Below are positions 28,366 through 41,980 of a DNA stretch of 64,000 nt, piece after piece (position 1 is the first letter of the stretch; each line of letters opens with the position of its first letter). A program made the position numbers and the translations under genes. Under the pieces are notes generated by a model. It worked only from the letters and a program-made list of their open reading frames with translations, ran no database searches and had not been told where the DNA came from. Location of the stretch: assembly GCF_008831285.2 (NCBI RefSeq), contig NC_045138.2, positions 7,068,001 through 7,132,000 on the forward strand. Reading direction: 5' to 3'. Origin of the DNA: Nymphaea colorata. Its lineage: Eukaryota.

Positions 28366-29795
28366 TGCTGCCAGATGCTGACAATTCAAAATTTGTCTAT
28401 AATTTAACCTTTGTCAAACGCACCGTGAGTTGTCACTGGACACTAAACGTACTAGGCCCTTATAGCAGTTGAATTTTAACAACAGATTTCTAGTTTTTAT
28501 CCATCCAGTAACATACGGTGGTAAATCCCTTCACTTACCATGCAGACTAATGGTCCTAGACATGTAGGATTGTACTTTTTTTGACTAATGGTCCTAGACA
28601 TGTAGGATTGTAATTTTTTTTTTACGCGACAAGAAACTTGATTTTTTTTGTTTCTTTCATATTTGAATATTTCGAGCCAGTTTATATACTTAGCTCTATC
28701 AAAATGAAAAAAGTAATAGAGGGGAAGTTGGGAGGCAGGTTTTGCGAAATGCTAACTGTATAAGTACAAGAACTATGTAGTTTTTCAAGGGGTTGGTTTA
28801 ATGGTTAGGGCATAGACTAGTAGGCAGTCAGTTTTTGTTTCGAATCATCAATGCATTAACTCTTTGCATTGAAAGTGCAAGTCATTAACATACAAGTTGA
28901 AGTATAGTAGGAGCCGCCCCCCTAGCTAGTTATTGAAAGCAAGCCCTACGTCTTTAGGAGACGAGAGATTGGGTAAGAGCTTCACTCTTTTATGGATAGA
29001 CGATAGGATGAAAGACTCCTCCAATACAAGAACTATAAAATATGATAATGAAATCTATATAAAATTGACATAATCAATAGTTCACATGGTGCCACACGTA
29101 AAGTTATTTTTGCAAAATAAATGAATGAATATTTACATTTTGATTAATTAGATGTCCCTTCAATTATTTTAACTTTCATTTTCACTTAGAATATAGGAGA
29201 GAGAGAGGCACGAGTGTTCAATTTTTAAGTCTATTTTTCATCAGTAATAAACTTGTATTGACATCTCACCAATTAACTAAAAATTGAAGACCACAAAGCT
29301 TAATTTGTCATTGTTTATTACCAAAAATGATACGCCAAACCCAGGAACCCGTTCATCATAATGAGCAAGTTCAAGTTATAGTTGTATGTTAAAACAAAGA
29401 AATTACTCTGAAATTCGGAAGTCTAAAACATCTCTCAAAGGATTAAAAACAAAAAACTTTTAAAAAATAAGTAACAGCGGCCTGCACATTTTTGACTCCT
29501 CACTCAAGCATTGAAAAAACAAAAAAACTTTTTGACAAATATATCTCTTTTAATTTGCTAATTTTTACTTGCAAATTTTTAAAGTCTTGCTGTCAAACAG
29601 TTACTAATCGCGCCTGCTGTAACGCTGTTCCTGTAGTAAATTACGGCAAGCTGACAATTCATTTTAGTGCTCTAGTAAAAGTTCAATTTTCTATCTTAGT
29701 AGTTAACCTTACAGATTGACTTCTTCCACCCAAATCCTGTTGCGCTTCTTGGTAGACCAGCAGAATCTCTCTCTCTCTTAGTAGCAATAGCAGTC

Positions 29796-29861
<66 letters not shown>

Positions 29862-30071
29862 GGATAGATGCAATTAAATATATTATCCGACTAGTTGCAT
29901 TGGGCAGTATACTATGAAAGGTCGGAGGATTTCTATGCCCAAACAGGGATAGAAATCCACAAATCCTACACACATACATAGAGTATTTGGTAGATCCCAG
30001 ACCACTAGGTTAAGGATAAAATTGAGGTCGATTCAAATCAATTATTAGAAACATTTTTTTGTATAATGTAA

Positions 30072-30137
<66 letters not shown>

Positions 30138-31383
30138 ATAAAATTAAATTGTATACTTAAGCGAGTCATTTTTTTAAATTCAAGATGTTTCTATAATAAT
30201 AAAAATGGACGGCTCATCTGTCATCAAATTCTTAATAGTGGAAAAATCAACGGTTTTCTTAATTTTAACTTGAACTATGACATATACGTTCAAAACATTC
30301 GTAAACACATTACAATGTGTCTAAAATATTTTTTGACGAAAATTTAAGAGGTCTGGTTTTTGTCTGGGATTTAAGAATTACAATATATATATATATATAT
30401 ATATATACACAATTCCTTACTTTATAGAGTGATTATTCTTATACTAATTGTTTGCAGCCAAATCCTTATGAGTTGGCGTCCTAACATTCATACAAATAAA
30501 ACTAAAGAGTTTCTTATACTTGATTACCTCCACATTTTGGATCCCGAGAATCATGTTGCTTCAAGTGGAGGCCTAGTTTTGCCTAGTCTTTTCATCATTT
30601 GATAATTTAATCCGGACAAGGAAGATTCCATCCTTCCTTCTCATTCAATTATTAATTGTGGGACTTACAAAGCGTGCTTCAATGGTTCCAATACAGATTG
30701 GCACGTCGGAATACATACGCATACATAAAGGTCACTATTTTGGGATGCTGGACATAGAAGCTTGATTCATTAAAGCTTGGCTCCTGAATAAGTTCGAACT
30801 GAGTCATTTGCTTAATGAGTCGAATTCGAGTTCATCAGTCAACTCATTCAAACAATCGAGTTAAGTTCGAGCTCAACACATAACTGCTGAGTCGAGCTCG
30901 AGCTTTAATAGAGTTTGTTGAGCCTTAATCAAGTCGATATATTCAAATGAACTGCAACCGCTGAGTTATTCTCAAGTTCGAGCTGAGTCAAGCTCGAGGT
31001 TTAGGTGGTTGTGATTAAATTGAACTTAAAATGGCTACATATACATATAAATATAAATATAAATAAATAAATAAACAAATATATATATAGTTCATAGATA
31101 TTTCTATGGACTGTCTATGACCAGTGTGGAGATGCAAATACCGACGTGAGTCACACGTGGATGAGTATTTTATTACTTCCTCTCAAAAGGCACAAAGTCA
31201 CAGATGTGCTAAGCAAGTAGCCCTTGTTGCTAGATGATTTCTTTTGGTTATCAGCAAACAAGCTTTTAAATACATGAAAAATTTTTAGGAGATTGACTTG
31301 TCATGCTTCCAGAAACCTACCCCTTATTGGGAGGCTAACTGTTCAACCCCAAAAAGTCAATATCGTGGATCACATCTGTACTG

Positions 31384-31457
<74 letters not shown>

Positions 31458-31669
31458 GTTTAGTTAAAAAAATATTAAAAAGTTGTTGCAGTTGTTCTAA
31501 TTAAATTTAGTTGTTTTGATCTCACAACCCTAGTTGTTTTGATCACATCTAATTGCTAAAATGTATTGAACATTATAAATTAAGTAGTTGATCTGATGCA
31601 TGTTGAATCTTAATGCATTATATCCCTTTTATTTGTTAACAAATTGCAAAGAAGGCAAAAATATGAGAG

Positions 31670-31910
31670 AGAGGTATTTTATCCTATCATCCAGAAGGAC
31701 AGCTAAAGCTCTCCCCAATGGTTTCTTCACTCCCAAGATCCAAGGCCGCATTGTTGCCTAATATTGGCCTCATGGCTGTCTAAAACAACTTGACCCACTG
31801 CCCTCATCCCATTATCATAGAGGGTAAGCCCCCATAAGAATCGAATTAGCAAAAAAAAACTTCACTTAATATAATACTAGCTCGATCAGCTACACTATGC
31901 CTTTTGGGAC
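31670..31910 (-). mobile_element. SINE-like element; duplicate ~23705-23931
   Basis: Minus-strand head GGCATAGTGTAGCTGATC...ATTCGATTC; 3' tail GGATGATAGGAT.AAATAC shared with the SINE at 19719-19968. Confidence 0.55.
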
Positions 31911-34708
31911 CATTGATGTCTCCTTCAGCCAGTGGCGGAGCCATGATTTTTTAGTCATGGGGAACTTTCATTGATGACATAAATTTGGTGTGGGTATCTA
32001 TAGTTTTGGAGTCATAACAATGTAATGTTGAGATATTATAGTTTGATTTTTAATGGGCTGATGTGGGCAGTGGCCCACCCCAGCCAACAAGTAGCTCCGC
32101 TCATGTCTTCAGGTGGCAGAGCTCTTGTTGACAGCATGCCGCCCTTTATAATATAGTATATTAAAAAGGCGGTCACGCTTAGACTTAGAACAAGTGAATT
32201 TAGAATGAAAAGGTCAAGTAAGGTTTACTTTGGAACCAAATTGGAAGCTACAACTAAAAGAGCCTCATTTAAAATGGCAGCACTACCATTGTGAGAGGCA
32301 ATTCATAATAGCTTCTTTTGTATGGTAGGCCTCAAAAGTTTCCCTTATAATACTGTCTTACTTAAAATTGAAGCTTCATTTATTAGTAGCACATGCAATT
32401 GAATGAGATGTGTAAATGGGATTTGCTAATGTTCCTGCACTTTTATTAAAGAATAAAGACGTGCTCAAGTGACCACATCAAGAGCTAATGACCCACTAAC
32501 CTTATTTACTTAAAAAATAATAAAAAAATCAAGAAAGCGCTTTTGTAGACAAACGAGAATTTACCCCCATGAGCTCAGTCACTTTGTTAAAAGGGAAATC
32601 GTCATGAGAAGGGATTAGTGAGGCTTAGATCCTGAGTAGGATCACAAGTGAGCATGAGGTTTACAACCTACTGCCTAAGAAAGAAGCCCGAAAGCTCCCT
32701 ATTCACTCTACCACTAAGGTCTCCGGCAGCATTGGAAAGTAGGTACAGCATGGCTAAGCCTAGGCATCGGGCCGACCCGACACACGAAAACCCGGGCTCA
32801 GCCCGACACCTTAAACCCGAGTTCGAGTCAGAGCCCAGCCCGGGTCCAGCTCGATTAAATTAAAATATATATATATATTTAATATAAAATAATATAAAAA
32901 TATAATTGATCGTAATAAAATATTATAATTATATATATATATCAATAAAATATGTTATAAAAAAATTATCAAACCGAACCAGGATTAGTTGGGCCGGCCC
33001 GGTGCCTTTTTTTCAGGCCCGAGTCGGGCCGGGTACCGGATACCCATCGAGTACTTGACCTAACTCCTAACCATGGGTATAGCACACCATTCAAGGGGTG
33101 TTGTGATCCTATTATCTATGGTCTCATGAGAGTAGCACCCATAAAAATCGCAATGGCGATGTGCCATTATCGCCTACCTGGCCAATTATGCTATGCCCAT
33201 TGAGACTACGCCTATGTAGGATTGAAATTGCATTTCTACACCAAAAAATGAATGTCAAAAGGAACATACCAATTTTGACCAATTTGCACACAATTGTGGC
33301 TTTGGAGCCAAAAGAGAGTTAGTGAATAGAAGTGAAGGTATATATTAAAAGGCATTTGGTAAGAACATTGTGGCTTTGGAACAGGATGTCCCATGACACA
33401 TACATGTTTCAAGATTATTATTTTAGAAAACATGACTTAATATTTACGTGCTATTTGATTGTTGAATTTAGAAAACAATATGCATAATCACCTCATGTTT
33501 TTAGAATTAAAACATGACCAAGGATAGAGCCAATATTTTTTAGGACGTCCAACAGTCGAAGACATCAACAAAATACAAAAATTCTGAAAATGTTTACAAG
33601 GGGTGCGACTATGTGTTTTTTTTTTTAAAAAAAAAAAATAATATGCTCCCGCTTCCTCTGACTCTAAACATGGTGTTTAAACGGTCAATTCTAACAACAA
33701 TAGTTCCGACAACCTAATGTTCTTCTTACCAAATGTTAATTTGAGGTTTTACAGAAGCTGATTGAAAATTTAGATAAACAACATTTTGGGTGCTTAGAAA
33801 AACTAAAAGGCCCTTGAAAGCTCCCAAAAACATTAAAAAAGAATTATTTAAGGGCGCATTTGATAGCCATGGATCTCAAATCCAACCTTAGATCTACCTG
33901 AGAGAACCATGGTATTGTAAAAATTGGATGCAGATATAAACATAAAAATTGGATTCCGATTATATTCAGATTGTAAAATAGAATTTTAGGTTCAGATTTG
34001 GATATGACTTTTATTTATTCGTATTCGAATTTGAATATATGAATATCTATAAAAAGACGAATATGATTAAGAATATTTCTGGTCCATTGACGATACGATA
34101 CATATCCAACCTCATGCATGATGTTTTGTTCAACAACCAGAGATTTTGTACTCTGAAGACCACGTGAAACATGGCCAATTACTGCATGCTATACATTGAA
34201 TGTCACAAAGGTTTGCCCAATTATTAGGCAAAAACTTGAGACTTGGAAATTATTATATTTTTTGGGGGAAAAAGCGAGATAGTAAACTGTTAAAGAAGAG
34301 CGTACTTGACTAGTTTCAAAATAGTTGAAAGACAGTTGGACTGATTTGCATTATTTAAACGAACTCAAGAACAGCTTACCTTGAAGATAAGTTGGTTATT
34401 TGGATTAGTTCATTCAACTTGGGTTAGTGAGAGCTTGGCTAAATTGATGGCGGGGTACTTTTGATTAGCTAAAATGTTGGCACATAAATTTCGCATTATA
34501 TATGACAAAAACTTCACTGTGTTTTTGTGTGTGTTATTATATAAATTCTAGGTGTGATTGCAAATATTCAAGAAGGAAACAAAGAAAGAAGAAAGCTATA
34601 TTATCAAACTTCCATGCTTTTAAAGCACGTTTAAATGCAAAGAAAGCAATAGAAAATCCAAGCACTAAATGAGGTTTTAATGATATATAAAAACTTATTT
34701 TGAGACAT

Positions 34709-34882
34709 CAGGGGGCAGAGCCAAGGTAGGGCTTGCTTGTGCCTTGGCCCCACATTAATTTTTTTTTTAAAAAAAAATCACTTGTTTTATATAAAAATTT
34801 TAAAAAATGATATTTGAGCTGTAGTCAAAATTTTGAAACTTTAATTTGGCCTCCTTATGAAAAATTTTTGGCTCCACCCCTG
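34709..34882. mobile_element. MITE of the same family as 7505-7693; further copies ~12230-12390, 35070-35240, 36050-36373, 42934-43120
   Basis: CAGGGGGCAGAGCC...GGCTCCACCCCTG with the same internal sequence; empty site TTTGAGACATTTGTATC in the paralog at ~15400. Confidence 0.85.
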
Positions 34883-37800
34883 ATTTGGATCATTCTTTTC
34901 CATGGTCATTTTCTTTTGTGTGCCCACTCACTAAATTAATAGATCAAAATATGGTTAGACACAACCAATACTGCATCCGGCTAATTGAATGTTGCTTGCT
35001 TACATGCAAACTCAGATTCGGATTGGAATAAAAGAAACACTATCACACAGGGGTGGTCCAGTGAAGCCAGGGGTAGAGCCAGAAATTTTTCATAAGGTGA
35101 GCCGAATTAAAGGTTTTAAATTTTAGTTAGTGCTGAAATATCATTTTTTCAAAATTTTTATATAAAACAAGTGAATTTTTTTAAAATTTACTTGAAAAAA
35201 AAATTGAGGTGGGGCCAGGGTCCATGCAAGCCCTAGCACCCTTGGGTAGAGCCAAAAAATTCGCTAAGAGGTACCAGTTATAAAATTTTTAAGAAGCACC
35301 AATATGTAAATTAAAAAAAAATCTTTGAAGGCTCAATATGAAAATAAGCATTTTTTTTTTGTCTGTGTGCGCAATTGCCGACACGATGCCCATAGCTACG
35401 TTTGTCTTCGCTGCCACAAATTCGAGTAACTTTTGAGACAGGGAGTGCTCTTATTTCAAACTCAAATGTATGATATTCATACAAAATTTATATCCTAAAG
35501 TTGATGCCAATTTGATCTGCAACCCTTGAATGGCAGAGGCAAGGAGGGTTGTAAGATCTCATCCAGTATCATTTTTGTTTTGTGGTACAGGTCCGATTTA
35601 GACCGGCTTGCTCTTCAATCCATTTTGCAGTCCTTGCAGATCCGACCCATTTGTGTCCCTAGTGACATAATGGTGGGTCGGAACAAACACGGACCAAAGA
35701 AGAATGCAATAAACCAAAACATGCCATCAAATTATTGCACAAAAAGCAGACAAACCCAGAAAAGAAAAGAACAAAGAACTGAGGACCCCTTCCCCCTCTT
35801 TTCTTCAGTAGCCACTTTATACTTTTGCACTTCTCACCAGAGATCCACCCTTACTTTAGTGCAGCTTCAGAGCCTTGCAGGTACCAGTATTGTATGCCCT
35901 GTATGCAACCAAGACTAGTGCTAGATAAGATAATAGAAAGCATATGGTGGAATAAAATACCAAGTGAAAACAAATGAAACAAGACAAGATGGGGGGAGAT
36001 ACGAGGAAAAGGCAGAAGGCCTTCCCCTTTTCGCCTTGCCGTCAAAGCCTGAGTTAGAAATTTTTTGTCGCAAGGGTCAAACTATAGTTTTAAAATTTTA
36101 ACAAGAGTCGCAATAAAAATTTTTAAATTTTATATATATATAACTATTTTTTAAAATTTACATATAAATTTTTAAAGTTTTAAAAATCTGAATTGGCCAG
36201 TGAAACTTAATAGGGAGTGTGGTACCTGTCAACCGCGTACATCTATCATCTGTAGTTAAATGAAGTAATGCCCACAGCTACCGATTTGCTAGTCAAGCTA
36301 GCTACGCTAAAAAGGATTTGCATCTTCTAACGGGGAATGTATAAGTTCTGAAAAAATTCCTAGCTCCGCCCCTGTTCTCAGGTAATGAAAATGTGAATGA
36401 TGGACTTGTGTTGATGAGTTAGATGCATAATTTTCTGGCGAGATGTGCATTAGCTGTAGAATTTTGAAACGTCAACTGCTCCGGCTGTGGAGATAATCAT
36501 TGAGATGTTGTCCATGTGCTAAGGATTGAAAAAGAAATTTCAGGGGAAAAAATTTTCCTGCTCTTGGATCCTTTTGACTTGTATGTTCATCAAACGCCAT
36601 GTAATTTCTGAAGAAATTTTGACTCGTGGCGTTTTGGAGAAATTTAACTTGACCCCTGTAAAAATTTTGGAAAATATATCCGATTTGGAATTCATTTTGA
36701 CATTTTCAATTAACAAAAGCTCCGCCGCAGGTTTGTCGTCACGGGACAAATGGCCGGCAAAAGGACTGAAGGCGCCGTCACATCTTGGACAGATTTCAGA
36801 ACATGGTATAGTGTTTGGGGGACCAGTTTGCAGGCACAATGAAAATATTGTGATTGTCAATAGCTAAGCAATGCTATCACATATATAATTGGCTCTTTGG
36901 GTTGCTTTCACCATAGCACATCTAAGCAGCACATGCTGGGCTAAGGCCCTTGTTTGTTTGATCCTATATGATTAAAAATTTCACCCAAGTTTATAATTAA
37001 CCAAGTTCTTGTGCACATCATGTTATGCAACTCTTAGTAAATAATAAGCACATACTATGTCATTCATTTAGTGGTTCAATGTGGACTCACGAAAAAAAGA
37101 TTGGGGATTTGGTCGCCCGTGGTCACTGTCATGCTTAGTACGTTATTTTTTTGGACTGCAAATGATGACAAACGCTGCTTTAGAGTTCAAAAGCGTAACT
37201 ATAAGTTCACCAAGGTCTCGAAGCGACTCTAAACCCTAGGAGCAAAGAGCAAGGGAGTTTCAGACAATCGGGTTTTCTTCCACTCTCAAAATCAACATGA
37301 TGCAAACAATTCTATGAAGCTAAAATATAAAATGGGTCCTATAAAATGTCCGTCGATTCCGAGTCTCAAGTGAAAATAAAAGAGATTTATCCAATTAAAG
37401 TCTTCTTCCAATTGGATTTCTCTTGACCAGCTTCCACTGTTAACTAGGTATGCAAATGAATATGGTATATCTGATTACAACCCAGTTTTGCATTCATTTA
37501 GTTGGATCTGATGAAGAGATTTGGATCTGAATACTAAATCAAATACATATTTAGCACAAAGACTCAAAACCGAACCTAGATCTAAGTACCATAATCAAAT
37601 GGGATACAATAAAGATTCATCCCAATTACATACAAATTAATGTCAAATTTTAAGCTACTTTGGATACAAAAGAACAGAATTCAAATCTTAATCTGAATTA
37701 AAATCCCATCACATAACCTGATTAGATCAAACTTGCTTTCCTAAACAATCCGAATCCGAAACTCTTGCCTTCAAATCAACAATTGGACATTTCTCTAAAG

Positions 37801-38266
37801 CTACAAAGTAGCCAGGAAAGTGATCTTTAGGGTCTCCCCATTTCAAGAGCTACTTTATAGTCGTACGATGGGAAATTTTATTGGTGTAATTTTGTAATCT
37901 GTCTTCCCTGAATCCAATGCATGAAAGGTTTTTTTATCTTTTTCTCTAAAGTTGTGGGCACGAGAAGTCCTATTTCCTTTTCTTTTTTTTTTTTTTTTTT
38001 TTTTAAAGAAAAGCTGCAGACAAGCACCACGGCCGACGTACTGATTTTCCTATTATAATAACAAAATGACCAAAATGCCCTTTTCAAAACAACGCTGAGT
38101 ACATACATTAGATCCAGACACCGGATTTTCATTTGGGTACGATCTCATCTATTTTCATCAGTTTTTTTCTTGATTCTGTATTGATCCAACCGCAAAAATT
38201 TAAACTTTGTATTGAAACCAATCTAGGCATTAGCTAAGTATATATATCCTTGAGGTGGTTGGCGAT

Positions 38267-38691
38267 TAGGGCTGCACAACTAGTTGAGATAACTTGGGCT
38301 TGACTTCAATTTGTTCATAAAAGCTTGACTTGAGCTCGACTTGTTTATAAAAGAGTCGAGCTCAAGTTTAAATTTATGTTCAAAATGTTAAACAAGTCGT
38401 GTTTGAGTTGTAAAAATGTAAACTTGTCTCAACTTGACTGTATAAATGTGTGATATATTTTCTGTGGTTAAGTTAGCCTTTACGGGATATTTGGATGTAG
38501 AATATGTACATTTTTCTATTGGAGTCTTTGTTAGACAGTCACTTATAGTTGAGTTAATTAAAAGAAATCAGTTAAATGACTTAAAAGAAACCATATAGAC
38601 GACTCGAGCTCGAAAATGTTATATAGAGCTCAAGCTCGAGTCTTTTGACTTGAGTCAAGCTGGAGCTCAACTTCAGTTCAGTGTAGCTCTA
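38267..38691. mobile_element. hAT-type MITE (TAGGGCTGCAC family); partial relatives at ~30755-31000 and ~60832-61120
   Basis: TAGGGCTGCAC / GTGTAGCTCTA ends; flanks GTTGGCGA(T) and GTTGGCGC. Confidence 0.8.
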
Positions 38692-39255
38692 GTTGGCGCA
38701 ATAGAAATGGTAATGATTCATCGAGGGTCAGTCTCCATTTCGTGTTTTGAGGATGTCAACTCTCTGCACCGTAAAAAATAAGGCAGCCATAACTAGATAT
38801 CAAAAACAAGCTTCATACCCTATGATGACGGGAAAAGACGAAAGGGACTTTGGCTTTTACTCATCACTCTGGCATTCGTTAGACATACGTCGATATACAT
38901 CTATTGATATTATTCAAGGTTTAGATCTGGATCTGATGCACTTAATGCCCGACCCAGTTTTTAAACCAGTTCAAGTTGCAAAGGGGGGTAGCGCTGTCTT
39001 TTTCTCTAATAAGGTTACTGCTCCTGGCCCGTACAGTTGATCACAAGGCCTTGCCCGGACAAGTGACAATTTTCTATTTTGGCGTCACCCGAGTTGGAAG
39101 CTTGGCCTCTCCCTCCCGTGACACAACCTCCAAATCTCGCCACTGGGGCGATCCAATGCTTCAGCGAACCCACCGGGACTTGGTCCCCGAGACCAACCTA
39201 TATGGGTCAGACGCGCCAAGCTCCAAAATAGATCTGCTTGTCAATAAAATAAAAG

Positions 39256-39332
<77 letters not shown>

Positions 39333-40388
39333 GAGAGAGAGAGAGAGAGATGGGTCTGATAGAGACATGTGAGTTCGCCCAGCTGGATCTGTCAAGACTA
39401 GGCCCACCCGAGATGGGTTCAATCAAACCACCACCATACATATTGACTGAACCCAGGCAGGTCCCTTTCTAATAATCAAATTGGCTACCAACTCTTCCTT
39501 GTTGGAATGCACGTTTTTCACCTTCAAGTTATATGCCAAATGCTGCTGCTGATGTATTAAGAAAAACCAGCTGCATTGAGAAATGAGAAGCTTATGTTCT
39601 CATCCTTTTTCCTCGCTTTTAGGGTTTAGAGTTGGATTTAGGGGCGCTTTTAGGGTTTAGAGTTGTGTTTGAGGCTGAGTCAGAAATTTTTCACGAGAAA
39701 AATACTATTTTTCTTTTTTAAAATTTTTGTATAGATCAAATAAAAGTTTCTAAAATTTGGGGTCTCTGACAAAGAATTATGTCATTTCCCTCAAGCCAAA
39801 AACTATATGTAAAAGACGATCAACGACATTTACAAAATAAAATTAAGAGGTTTGTGGAATTGGAGAAGGAGTGGAGTTTAGTCAACTGCAGGTCAAACGT
39901 CATTGTGGTCTTTTCAGGGCGGGGCTATGAACTTTCCTACTTTCATTTTTTTTTTTTAAATTTTCGAATGAAACTGCACCTAAGTCGAAAAACTTTAATA
40001 CCACACTTCTAGAACTTGTGTCGTTGTGGAAGGGGTGACACCCATGTCATTTGAACTAGTAACCTGTCCCTTACCAGCCACTTGTCCTATCCCGTGTGCC
40101 GAAGTTCCTCCAGGTAGTGGTGATGACTTAAGATCTAATGCACCTGAGATGGAGAAATGACCAAAAAGTCCCTGGTTTATTAGGAAAACCCTTTTTTTAA
40201 CTGAGCAAAAAAAGAGACCAATAAAACTACTTTTTGCCAAATGTCTAAAATATTCATTTCTTTTCTATAAATGGCCAAAATACATGGCATCGAAGCATGT
40301 GAGACTAAAAGGTCCGAACATTTACTTGCGTAGTCGTCACCGAACATGCACGGCTCCCTAGTCCCCACTAGAGCAGTCTTAGCCTTTA

Positions 40389-40429
<41 letters not shown>

Positions 40430-41277
40430 GGTACGGTAGGTAAAACTAGTGCTACCCGAGTTTCACATTCCGAGAATAATTTCGCTGTTCTTTTTAAAAA
40501 AAGGAAATTAATTAAACTTCTCTTTCACTTTCAATTTTTTAATATAATTATGGCGCACAAAAAGTCAATGATTTATCAATAAGTTTTTAGAAAAATTCAA
40601 AAGTTCCAAACAAATCAGGCAAAGGACTTGCTTTCTTTCTCTAAATGGTTACAATTGCAAGACCCTTTCCTCATCAACTACAACTACAACATTTTCCTTT
40701 TTAACTTTCCAAGATTTTTTTGAGATTTTACTTCCAAACTCTTGATCTTCTTCAACTTAAATGTCCTAAGTCCGGCCGCCTCGCCAAGTCGGCGGAGCGG
40801 CGGTCATGATGGCGGCCACCGCATGCGGATCCATCACCAAAATGGACTGCCAATCAGTAAAAACAGAGACAAGTACCAGTAACTGCAGTTGCTGCTGTCA
40901 ACGCCATCTTTGGTACAATCCCTTCACTCAAACAATGATACATCAGAGCAGTTGGGAAACTGAGTTTGTTGATGAGATTCTGGTGGCATCATTATTCAAC
41001 AGTGATATACAACACACATCATGCCCACCTACCCCTCATGATAAGTGATGATATTTCATTAGTCTTCCCCCACAATGGCGAAAACTGAACATATACATAT
41101 CCAGATTCTCTAATTTCTAGAAAAAGATGAATAATACTTCACTAAAGAGAAGTTATTTACTCGTGAACATTTACATATTCAACACCCAAATGTGCATTTT
41201 CCTTGATGCACATGAAAATTACATAGTAGATTCCAACACTTTTATGAAGAACACAATATGACATAATTCAGGGGGCT

Positions 41278-41877
41278 TCAAGCAGATTTGTTTGTCAACA
41301 TATCATAAGAACCTCTATAGGGTCTTGGTAGCAAGACCTGAGACTCTAGCACTGCACAGTTGGTCTTGCATGAAGCATAGAGCCTGTCCAAGTTGAGCCT
41401 ACCAGCCCAAGATTTGCAGGCCTTGGGCCCCTTCCAGCAGTTCTCCGCCACTTGGTCCTTGGAGCACGCCACCAGCGCGGCGAAAAACGGGTCGTGGACC
41501 GTTCCGGCCGGCTTCTTCCTCCGAGATGCGAAGACCGAGTCGAAATTGAACCGGTTCGACGAGCCTCTGGGCAATGAGAAGAGTGGGGGAGGGGGAAGGT
41601 GCTTGCTGATCACATACACATGCCTGGATCTAGAAGATGTCAAGGTGGTGCAGGTGCCTTGTAGGTGCTTGGGAACACCAGGCTGGTGCTCCCATGAGAA
41701 GGGGATGCCAGAGGACTCGAGGGGAGTTGTGGGGGAACCTTTTGAGGAGGAGAAGGAGCTCAAAGATGAAGAAGATGAGGACCTTGACCTGGTTTTCGAC
41801 GACGGCGGCCGCGTCTTTTCCGCCGCCGGGAGCGGATTTCCGGGCTGCAAGTAGTCCTCCACCCTGCAGGAGTTCAT
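41278..41877 (-). CDS. Intronless DUF688-family plant protein, 199 aa from the first ATG (MNSCRVEDY...)
   Basis: GC-rich ORF with a Ser tract followed by GIPFSWEHQPGVPK, LPPPP and DPFFAALVACSK motifs typical of DUF688-type proteins; ATG at 41877 (the ORF track starts at an upstream TTG). Confidence 0.88.
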   Translation of the reverse strand: MNSCRVEDYLQPGNPLPAAEKTRPPSSKTRSRSSSSSSLSSFSSSKGSPTTPLESSGIPFSWEHQPGVPKHLQGTCTTLTSSRSRHVYVISKHLPPPPLFSLPRGSSNRFNFDSVFASRRKKPAGTVHDPFFAALVACSKDQVAENCWKGPKACKSWAGRLNLDRLYASCKTNCAVLESQVLLPRPYRGSYDMLTNKSA

Positions 41878-41974
41878 TGAAAAGGAGACTGGAGACAGCA
41901 ACAGAGGAGCACCAACAAAGGGGAGAGAAGATAAGTGGGGGATGAAGAATTAAATGTAAAGGAGAGCACATGGC

Positions 41975-41980
41975 TTTATA
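41975..41980 (-). promoter_or_regulatory. Probable TATA box of the DUF688 gene
   Basis: CTATAAAGCC on the minus strand ~100 nt upstream of the ATG, followed by a pyrimidine-rich leader. Confidence 0.6.

Noticed and set aside
36810..36822. AGTGTTTGGGGGA resembling the miR395 core
   Set aside because: Only 13 nt match, both ends differ, and no complementary star arm nearby
39614..39665. TTTAGGG telomere-like motifs
   Set aside because: Only a two-copy ~31-bp local repeat, not a telomeric array
41393..41945. Plus-strand ORFs of 153 and 102 aa
   Set aside because: Antisense shadows of the GC-rich DUF688 CDS; no independent motif
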